From sequence record DRR723986_1308: DNA of 44,269 nucleotides, one strand, 5' to 3'. Below the pieces are notes generated by a model that saw nothing but the letters and a program-made list of their open reading frames with translations, was not told where the DNA came from and searched no databases. The stretch's first letter is position 1; each line of letters starts with the position of its first letter. A program made the translations under genes and the position numbers. Below, in pieces: positions 36,670 to 44,269 of the stretch.

Positions 36670-37224
36670 ATGACCACTTATGATCCTGAGAAACTGAAGA
36701 ATTTGGTCAAAGAGCATGCACTGGAGTTTGGTGATTTTACGCTCGCGAGCGGAAAAAAAGCCAGTTTCTACCTAGACTGTCGGAAGTTGACCCTGCACCC
36801 TCAAGGAGCCAACCAAATTGGTGCAGGAATGCTCAGCCTGCTCGGCGATTCACTTCCAAACGCCGTTGGAGGAATGGCCATTGGTGCGGACCCGATAACG
36901 GCAGCAACCATCACCATCGCTGGCCAACGCGACCTCGATCTGCTTGGATTTATCGTTCGCAAAGAGGCCAAGGGACACGGGACCGGCCGGCAAGTCGAAG
37001 GGCCTGTAGCAGATGGCATGACTGCCGTAATCGTTGAAGACGTCGTCACCAGCGGCGGTTCGGCCCTGAAAGCTGTTGACGCTGTGCGTGAATTCGGGCT
37101 AAAAGTGGATACGATTCTTGCCGTTGTTGACCGCTTGGAAGGTGGAAGAGAGGCAGTCGAAGCAGCCGGATTGCAACTCAAGACGCTAACCACTGTCGAA
37201 GAATTGGGCATCAAGAAGAGCTAA
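36670..37224 (+). CDS. pyrE: Orotate phosphoribosyltransferase
   Basis: FGDFTLASG, YLDCR, RKEAKGHG and the PRPP motif VEDVVTSGGS; RBS GGAGG. Confidence 0.97.
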   Translation: MTTYDPEKLKNLVKEHALEFGDFTLASGKKASFYLDCRKLTLHPQGANQIGAGMLSLLGDSLPNAVGGMAIGADPITAATITIAGQRDLDLLGFIVRKEAKGHGTGRQVEGPVADGMTAVIVEDVVTSGGSALKAVDAVREFGLKVDTILAVVDRLEGGREAVEAAGLQLKTLTTVEELGIKKS

Positions 37225-37267
37225 AGTCGGCTTCACTTACGACCCGCAACTGTCGAATAGAGCTGGT

Positions 37268-37957
37268 ATGGAAACCTCGCTTCACAAACAACTTAAACAG
37301 CGTTATGCATCCCGAGAGGATCAAACGGAAGTTGTCGTGGACGGGTTTCGCATCGATGCAATCGCCGATAATGGTGAATTGATCGAGATCCAGCACGCTT
37401 CGCTAGGGGCCTTGCGCGACAAGACAAGGAAACTGCTCAAGAGCACTCGTCATCGAGTGCGGATCGTTAAACCTGTCTTGGCCAAGAAACGAATTAGTAC
37501 GTTAGACAAACGAGATGGTGAAGTTATCAGATCTCGTATGAGCCCCAAGCGTGGGCAGTTGATCGACTTTTTCGAAGATATGGTGCACTTCAGCAACGTG
37601 TTTCCGATGAAGCGATTGATCTTGGAAATTGTGCTGGTTGAGTCTGAGGAATTCCGGCTCGATCGCGCTCGCCCAACTCGACGTCGCAAGAAGTACAAGA
37701 CAGTCGACCAAGCCTTGGTCGATGTTCGAGAATCCGTTGAGCTAAGAACAAAGTCAGACCTGCTCAACACGCTCGATCACCATTCTTTGCCGAGTGAATT
37801 TGATACCGCCCAACTCGCTGAGGCGATTGGAAAACCGCGCTGGTTTGCACAAAAAGTTGCCTACTGCTTGCGTGAAACCGAAGCAATTCGACTGCACAGT
37901 AAACGCGGCAATAACCTTATCTACCGATTCAGCGCCCGACGTCGCCGAGCCGCTTAG
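37268..37957 (+). CDS. Conserved hypothetical protein with a PD-(D/E)xK-like fold and C-terminal wHTH
   Basis: ETSLHKQLK, E..RID..IEIQ pattern; C-terminal FDTAQLAE..AQKVAYCL. Confidence 0.75.
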   Translation: METSLHKQLKQRYASREDQTEVVVDGFRIDAIADNGELIEIQHASLGALRDKTRKLLKSTRHRVRIVKPVLAKKRISTLDKRDGEVIRSRMSPKRGQLIDFFEDMVHFSNVFPMKRLILEIVLVESEEFRLDRARPTRRRKKYKTVDQALVDVRESVELRTKSDLLNTLDHHSLPSEFDTAQLAEAIGKPRWFAQKVAYCLRETEAIRLHSKRGNNLIYRFSARRRRAA

Positions 37958-38067
37958 CCAACCGCACGGGCGACAGCTATAATGGATCGTCGGCAGCGAA
38001 TTCTGCTGCAGCTTGTAGAGTTTCTTCACTGCGCGTGGATGCGAGTATCGAAAAGGGCGGAGCGACC

Positions 38068-38685
38068 ATGGTTGCACAAAGCGATGATCCCGATCAAACG
38101 CCAGCGGATGGCGATCCGCCGCAGTCCGCTGGCAGCGATCCGGCCCAGGATAGCAACAGTGAGTTTGAACAGTACCGGTCGTATCTCCATGTGCTCGCCG
38201 AGACGCAGATGCACAATCGGCTGAAAAGTAAAGTCGATGCATCGGATATTGTGCAGCAAACCATGTTGCAGGCCTACCAAGCTCGATCGCAATTCCGTGG
38301 TTCAACCAGTTCCGAGAAAGCGGCCTGGTTGCGGACCATCTTGAACAACGTGCTGTGCGGGCTCGCGCGAGGGTTTTCTCGTCAACGACGGGATGTCAGT
38401 CGTGAACAGTCGATGCAAGCCATCGAAAAGTCCTCGATTCAGCTCGCCAACCTGCTTTCTGCGGACGGTTCTAGTCCGAGTGCGGCCATGCATCGTCACG
38501 AGCGAGCCGATGAACTGGCGCGTGGGCTGCTCAAACTGACCACTGATCAACGGCAAGCGATCATGCTCAAGTATTGGCATGGGAAGACGCTGGCGGAAAT
38601 CGGTGAAGAACTGGGCAAGTCCAACGAGGCTGTTGCTGGCTTGATTTTTCGCGGAATGCAAAAACTGCGAACAACGATCAAGTAG
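38068..38685 (+). CDS. ECF sigma-70 factor, planctomycete type
   Basis: KVDASDIVQQT, FRG..WLRTIL, RRDVSRE, SSPS and a region 4 HTH. Confidence 0.93.
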   Translation: MVAQSDDPDQTPADGDPPQSAGSDPAQDSNSEFEQYRSYLHVLAETQMHNRLKSKVDASDIVQQTMLQAYQARSQFRGSTSSEKAAWLRTILNNVLCGLARGFSRQRRDVSREQSMQAIEKSSIQLANLLSADGSSPSAAMHRHERADELARGLLKLTTDQRQAIMLKYWHGKTLAEIGEELGKSNEAVAGLIFRGMQKLRTTIK

Positions 38686-38697
38686 CCGATCGACTGC

Positions 38698-40644
38698 CTA
38701 GCCCAGCGGCCAAGCCTCTTCGACGATATCGAGAACATCCTGAAACGGAATGTCAGTGCAACATCCGTATCCAGGCTCTCGCGTCAGGCGCTTGCGAATC
38801 ATGCGGGGTGAATTCATGCCGCACAAGAATCGAGCAACATCTCGCGGTGACGCCAGCAGCTCAGCAAATTTTTCTTGCGCCGCCAGCGTACTCACAGCGC
38901 GAATTGCTGAATCACCAACGCGACCATAGTCGGCTTGTGGGAATTCTCCCAGTGCGGCACCGGTGCAAGCAGTACACTTTCCGCATGCTTCATCGATCGA
39001 TTGCCCAAAATGCTCCGACAACATGGCTGACTGGCAGCGCTCAGCAACAATCAATTCGATCAGCTCGTCGAGACGGTTAACTTCGCCCTTTTCACGCTGA
39101 TCAAGGTAAGTGTGCAATTGATCGGTCAAGGCATCAATGTCGGTGATGGGCTGTGCCTTGCGATAGCCAAAAACAAGGCCGCTGACTTGCAGCTCAATCC
39201 ATCCCTTCTCAGCGAAAAAGTCTAACATCCGAACAATGCGTTCACGCGAGCAATCAAGCCGCTTGGCGGCTTGAGGGAGTGCGATATCAAACCAAACCTT
39301 CTTCTTGACGGTGAGGGCCAAGACAGATGCGGCAAACTCCCGCTTCTCCCCTTCGAAATTGCTGAGGATATCGGAGGATGTAAGCTTGGGCTTAAACTTG
39401 TAGACATCGTACCGGGGGCTGGTAGCGACCAGGTATTCATTCAGTTCCAGATAGGTCATCAGCGTTCGAACAACCGGCTCTCGGATGTCCGTTTCGTAGG
39501 CGGCCGAGTAGTAGCTGATGAAGAACTCTTTGGGCTGACCGACGATCAAGCCAACGAATCGTTCGATAGAATTTCGACTTGGTGCATCCCCGTGTGCGAA
39601 GTTGTCCAGCGTGACGCGGTCCTCGGCAACAATCAATGTTGTGCAAACTGAGTCGTTCCCGTCTCGCCCGGCGCGGCCAATTTCCTGGGCATAGTTCTCA
39701 ATCGACTTCGAGATGTTGTAGTGTATGACGGAGCGAATGTTGGGCTTGTCGATGCCCATCCCGAATGCAATCGTGGCAACAACAATGGCATCATCCGACT
39801 TGAGGAACCAATCCTGAACCTCCTCACGCTGATCAGCGTCCATTCCAGCGTGGTATGCTCGCGCGTCCAGCCCTTCAGCCTGTAGGTATTCGGCGACTTC
39901 CTCGGCCGTTCGCTGCAGCGTAACGTAAATTAACGTGGTCTGTTTTTCAGCGGTCAGCAACAATTCTGCCAAACGTTGCTTGCGATCCGCTGCAGTGGTT
40001 TGCTCGAAAGCGAGTTGCAGGTTTGGGCGATGGAAGCTAGTGCAAACACAGTCTTCCTTGGCGATCCCAAATGCCTCCTGGATATCTTCCAGGACTCTCG
40101 GAGTGGCTGTCGCCGTCAGTGCCAGCACCGATTCAGCTTCCAATTGGCGGGCAATTCGTGCCAGTTTCAAGTAGTCGGGACGGAAGCTGTGTCCCCATTG
40201 CGATATACAGTGGGCTTCATCGATCGCAAACAGGCCAATTGGGACGCCTTCGATAAAGCTGCGGAAACGCTCGTTGAAGAATCGCTCCGGAGCGACGTAC
40301 AACAGCCGTGTTTTCCCAGACCGAACGCGAGCGTTGATGTCGCGAAGTTCAGTCGGGGAAAGCGTTGAGTCGAGGCGCTCGGCCTCAATACCGCGGCCTC
40401 GCAATTGATCGACTTGCTCACGCATCAATGCAAGCAGCGGAGAGACCACTAGCGTCAATCGATCCGACAGAAGCGCGGGAAGTTGGTAGCACAGCGACTT
40501 TCCACCGCCGGTCGGGAAAATCGCGGCGGCAGACTGTCCTGCTACCAGCCGCTCGATGACAGCTAACTGCCCATCGCGGAACGTTTCCATGCCAAAGCGA
40601 GTTTGCAGCACGTCCTGCAATTCGCTCTCGTTTACGTTACCCAT
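38698..40644 (-). CDS. recQ: RecQ family ATP-dependent DNA helicase
   Basis: PTGGGKSLCYQ, DEAHCISQWGHSFRPDY, TATAT, ATIAFGMGIDK, QEIGRAGRDG and Zn-binding cysteines. Confidence 0.96.
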   Translation of the reverse strand: MGNVNESELQDVLQTRFGMETFRDGQLAVIERLVAGQSAAAIFPTGGGKSLCYQLPALLSDRLTLVVSPLLALMREQVDQLRGRGIEAERLDSTLSPTELRDINARVRSGKTRLLYVAPERFFNERFRSFIEGVPIGLFAIDEAHCISQWGHSFRPDYLKLARIARQLEAESVLALTATATPRVLEDIQEAFGIAKEDCVCTSFHRPNLQLAFEQTTAADRKQRLAELLLTAEKQTTLIYVTLQRTAEEVAEYLQAEGLDARAYHAGMDADQREEVQDWFLKSDDAIVVATIAFGMGIDKPNIRSVIHYNISKSIENYAQEIGRAGRDGNDSVCTTLIVAEDRVTLDNFAHGDAPSRNSIERFVGLIVGQPKEFFISYYSAAYETDIREPVVRTLMTYLELNEYLVATSPRYDVYKFKPKLTSSDILSNFEGEKREFAASVLALTVKKKVWFDIALPQAAKRLDCSRERIVRMLDFFAEKGWIELQVSGLVFGYRKAQPITDIDALTDQLHTYLDQREKGEVNRLDELIELIVAERCQSAMLSEHFGQSIDEACGKCTACTGAALGEFPQADYGRVGDSAIRAVSTLAAQEKFAELLASPRDVARFLCGMNSPRMIRKRLTREPGYGCCTDIPFQDVLDIVEEAWPLG

Positions 40645-40755
40645 GATGATCTTCTAGAGCGGTCCAAACTATCGCACAGCACTGCAGAATTCAGCTTAAG
40701 CAACCAAGCCGAAACAAACAATGCTATGCGTTCGTGCAACTCGCACTAGAGCAGC

Positions 40756-43665
40756 TTACTCGGGCAAGGAGTTCGTATCGCCGGAGTCTGCATCACCAGA
40801 ATCAGTTTCGCCAGAGTCAGTACCACCTGCGCCAGCGTCGTCACCTGAGTCAGCATCACTGGAGCCGGAGCTGCCCGGATCGGTAGAACTAGTGTCCGTC
40901 GAGACAGCGTCGGCTTGGTCGGCAGCAGGAACACCATCAGCGGCAATCACTTCCTCGTCGTCAACCTCGTCCTTCGGCACTTTAACAATTGCCTTCAGCG
41001 TATCGCCTCCATCGACATTCATGATCCGCACGCCTTGCGTGTTTCGGCCAATGATGCCAATTTCGGCGGCTGCGACGCGTTGGATCTTCCCAAGGGAAGT
41101 GATCATCAACAGTTCGTCTTCGTCGGTGACGGGAACGATGCCAACAACAGGACCATTCCGCTCGCTCGCCTTGATATCCATCAAGCCACCACCGCCGCGT
41201 CGCTGCGTTCGGTAGGATTGACTGGAGTTTGGCGTGTCCTCGCTGTCAGAATCACCGGCATCAGTATCTGTGGGCGCTGCTTCTGCGTCGGCTGCAGCCG
41301 CATCGTCTACAGACGGAATGCTCTCGCTCTGCCCGAACCAAGTACGTTTGCCGTAACCTTGTTCACATACTGTCAGCAATGTGGCCTCGGGGTCGGCTAC
41401 GACCATGCCCACAACCTTGTCGTCCTTTCGCAGGCGAATACCCTTTACGCCGGAAGTGTTCCGTCCCATTGAACGAGCATCTGATTCGGAGAAGCGAATC
41501 GCCTTGCCGCCAGATGTTGACATGAGCACTTCATCGTTTGGACCGACAACAACGACATCCACCAGCTCGTCGTCTTCGCGAAGCTTAATCGCAATGATGC
41601 CGCCTCGCTTGGGACGCGAGTAAGCATCCAAGGGAGTCTTCTTCACGAGCCCATCTTTGGTTGCCATCATCAGGAAGTGGCCGGGCAAGTTGAAGTCGCG
41701 AACGGCGACGCACTCGGTAATCGTCTCACCTTCGGCCAGATTCAAGAGGTTGACGACGGCGCGACCGCGGCTTTCACGGCTGAGTTGCGGGATGTCATAA
41801 ACCTTCTGCCAGTACACTTTACCTTGGCTGGTGAAAAACAGCAGGTAGGCGTGCGTGCTGGCGACGAAGAGGTGTTCGATTGGATCTTCATCTTCGACCT
41901 TGGCACCCTTAATTCCCTTGCCACCACGTTTCTGAGCGCGATAGGTGCTGGTAGGAATTCGCTTGATGTATCCACGGTGGCTGATTGTGACCACCATGGG
42001 TTCCTCGGTGATGAGGTCTTCCAGGTTGTAGTTGCCGATTTCTTCGTGGCTGATTTCGGTGCGACGATCGTCTCCGAAGCGACGAGCGATCTCCTCCATC
42101 TCGTCTTTGATAATGTTGTAGATGTTCTGTTGGTCGGACAGGATCTCTAGATAGCCGTCGATCTCCTCGAGCAACGCAGCGTGCTCGTCGGCCAGCTTGT
42201 CTTGTTCCAGGTTGACCAACTGGCCCAGACGCATCGCTAAGATCGCGTCGGTCTGGACGCTTGTCAGTGAATAGGTATCGCTTTCGCCACGTTCACGTTG
42301 GAATTCAACGAATCCACGCTCGCCCAGGGCACGAGCCATCATGCTGCCGGGCACTTCCACGCCCATCAACCGCTCTTTCGCTTCGGCTTGTGTGCGGCTC
42401 GAGCGAATGATCTTGATAATCTGGTCGATATCGGCCAGTGCCAGCAGGAGCCCTTCGACGGTGTGCTTCCGCTTGCGAGCACGCCCGAGCAGGAATTCTG
42501 TCCTACGGCGAATAACTTCGACGCGGTGCCGGACAAACTCCTGCAGCATCTCCTTGATATTCAGCTCGCGGGGTTTCCCGTCGACGAGCGCCAAGAAGAT
42601 AAGCGAGAATGAATCTTGCAGTGGCGAGAACTTGTACAGTTGATTCAGAACAACATCGGCATCGTGGCCTTGCTTGATATCAACGACCAAGCGGACGGGT
42701 TCCTTCAAATCGCTTTCGTCGCGAATGCCGGAGATGCCCTTGATTTTGCCCGAGCTGACCAGCCCAGCGATTCGCTCAACCACTCGGTCGCGAAACTGCT
42801 GGAATGGAATCTCGTTGACGACGATCCGAGTTCGATTCTTGACCGTTTCAATTGTCGTCCGAGCCCGCACAACAATGGTGCTGCGCCCGGTTCGGTAGCC
42901 CTGACGAATCCCGAAGCGTCCGCAAATGATTCCTCCGGTCGGGAAGTCGGGACCTGGAATCAGCTCCATCAACTCATCGATGCTGATGTCTGGATTATCG
43001 ACCAAAGCCGTAACGCCACTGCACACCTCGCGGAGGTTGTGCGGCGGAATGCTGGTCGCCATACCAACGGCGATACCCGTCGTACCGTTGACCAGCAAGT
43101 TTGGGAATCGCGACGGAAGCACAACAGGCTCCGTTCGAACTTCATCGTAGGTCGGCACAAAGTCGACCGTGTCGAGCTTGATGTCGTCCAACATCATTGC
43201 CGCTGCCGCGCTCAGACGCGCTTCGGTGTATCGCATCGCAGCCGGCGGCAGACCAGCGATTGAGCCAAAGTTGCCCTGCTTGTCGACCAGGACTTGCCGC
43301 ATGTTCCATTCTTGGGCCATGCGAACCAGCGTCGGGTAGATGACCGCTTCACCGTGTGGGTGGTAATTACCACTGGTGTCACCGGAGATCTTCGCACACT
43401 TGACCCGCTTGGATCCAGGCCCCAAATTCAAGTCGTTCATCGCGACCAGGATGCGACGCTGGGATGGCTTCAACCCGTCACGCACATCGGGCAGAGCACG
43501 TGACACAATGACACTCATTGCGTACGTCAGGTAGCTTTCCCGAAGCTCGGCTTCAATGGGCTGGTCGACGATGTGTCCCTCTTCGCCGTTTCCGCCGTCA
43601 CCATTACCACCGTCATCCGGCGTTGGTAGATCTTGATCTTCGTCGTTTGGAGGCACGTCAGACAA
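40756..43665 (-). CDS. gyrA: DNA gyrase subunit A
   Basis: [16 protein letters not shown], catalytic AAMRYTE, GyrA-box QKRGGKG, beta-pinwheel repeats and an acidic tail; TTG start. Confidence 0.97.
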   Translation of the reverse strand: MSDVPPNDEDQDLPTPDDGGNGDGGNGEEGHIVDQPIEAELRESYLTYAMSVIVSRALPDVRDGLKPSQRRILVAMNDLNLGPGSKRVKCAKISGDTSGNYHPHGEAVIYPTLVRMAQEWNMRQVLVDKQGNFGSIAGLPPAAMRYTEARLSAAAAMMLDDIKLDTVDFVPTYDEVRTEPVVLPSRFPNLLVNGTTGIAVGMATSIPPHNLREVCSGVTALVDNPDISIDELMELIPGPDFPTGGIICGRFGIRQGYRTGRSTIVVRARTTIETVKNRTRIVVNEIPFQQFRDRVVERIAGLVSSGKIKGISGIRDESDLKEPVRLVVDIKQGHDADVVLNQLYKFSPLQDSFSLIFLALVDGKPRELNIKEMLQEFVRHRVEVIRRRTEFLLGRARKRKHTVEGLLLALADIDQIIKIIRSSRTQAEAKERLMGVEVPGSMMARALGERGFVEFQRERGESDTYSLTSVQTDAILAMRLGQLVNLEQDKLADEHAALLEEIDGYLEILSDQQNIYNIIKDEMEEIARRFGDDRRTEISHEEIGNYNLEDLITEEPMVVTISHRGYIKRIPTSTYRAQKRGGKGIKGAKVEDEDPIEHLFVASTHAYLLFFTSQGKVYWQKVYDIPQLSRESRGRAVVNLLNLAEGETITECVAVRDFNLPGHFLMMATKDGLVKKTPLDAYSRPKRGGIIAIKLREDDELVDVVVVGPNDEVLMSTSGGKAIRFSESDARSMGRNTSGVKGIRLRKDDKVVGMVVADPEATLLTVCEQGYGKRTWFGQSESIPSVDDAAAADAEAAPTDTDAGDSDSEDTPNSSQSYRTQRRGGGGLMDIKASERNGPVVGIVPVTDEDELLMITSLGKIQRVAAAEIGIIGRNTQGVRIMNVDGGDTLKAIVKVPKDEVDDEEVIAADGVPAADQADAVSTDTSSTDPGSSGSSDADSGDDAGAGGTDSGETDSGDADSGDTNSLPE

Positions 43666-44115
43666 GCCACAATCCTTCGCATCAGGAATGGAACCGAGCC
43701 ACGCAATGGAACTCGATCCACGGATTCAAACTTACTGGATCTTGCTAGCAACACCGCCATGTCGAACCGCCAAAGCACCTACGTGATTTCGCTAGGTCGA
43801 CGCTCGAAAGTCATCGAGAAAAGCTGCCGATCGAGAACAAATTGCGACCGCAATCTCCCCCGTTCACAGCCCCAATTTCGGGCCTTCATTGATCCAGTTT
43901 CTAGGGTCAAGAATATACCATTTGCGTCTCATACTCACAAGGAGCCAAAGCAGAACGCAAGCAGCCGTAAGTCACTGAAAACAAAGGGGTTAGGCCGCGA
44001 CTTTTCGATCGCCCAACCGCCGCTGCAGATTGGCTGTTAAAGTGGCATTAATTCACAGTAACATGCGGCATGGTCGACCGGCTACAGGTCACGTGTTTGT
44101 CGCAGCCAGAGCAAA

Positions 44116-44201
44116 GTTGGGTGGGTGAAACCCACCAAAGTGCAACCAGTATCAACCCACTAGTTCAGCCAGTTCGTGTTGGTGGGTTTCACCCACCCTA
44201 C
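44116..44201. repeat. Inverted REP pair (REPIN-like, GTAG family)
   Basis: GTTGGGTGGGTGAAACCCACCAA (44116-44138) and TTGGTGGGTTTCACCCACCCTAC (44179-44201) are near-perfect inverted copies and each is internally palindromic. Confidence 0.85.
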
Positions 44202-44269
44202 AGCGATTGCAATTGGGAAAGTGGTTGAGATTCGAAGCAGGGGCCTGCTGGTGAGTCGGGTTTTGTGCC

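Noticed and set aside
40721-43503. Long plus-strand ORFs opposite gyrA, and similar ones opposite other genes
   Set aside because: They are antisense shadow ORFs typical of GC-rich coding DNA.
43966-43995. Imperfect palindrome CGTAAGTCACTGAAAACAAAGGGGTTAGG as a recombination site
   Set aside because: The symmetry is too weak and there is no recombinase nearby to support a call.

Overview
The window looks like chromosomal DNA of a planctomycete, probably Pirellulaceae-like. This is inferred from the planctomycete-type ECF sigma factor, NPY-motif proteins, the M50/HlyD trio, the gyrA QRDR and the REP-like palindromes. From left to right it holds: a degenerate class II tRNA-like element; four short unknown genes; an RNA/nucleotide-repair cluster (RNA ligase, AlkB, HD-polynucleotide kinase, divergent NADAR); a LuxR regulator; an EF-hand protein; a TIM-barrel isomerase; an FAD oxidoreductase with a flavinylated NosR-like partner; an orphan gene; a ~1 kb non-coding region; a receiver protein and a degenerate hybrid kinase; an FAH hydrolase; a desaturase; the M50/HlyD export trio; tmRNA; more signalling genes; pyrE; an ECF sigma; recQ; and gyrA. 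The standout is the region at ~16240-17280. On the minus strand it is a chain of small hairpins with GGA in the loops (hand count about 34 GGA on minus versus 2 on plus). This is the architecture of a CsrB/RsmZ-type CsrA-sponge RNA, a class I know only from Gammaproteobacteria. All counts and folds were made by eye and no database search was run.
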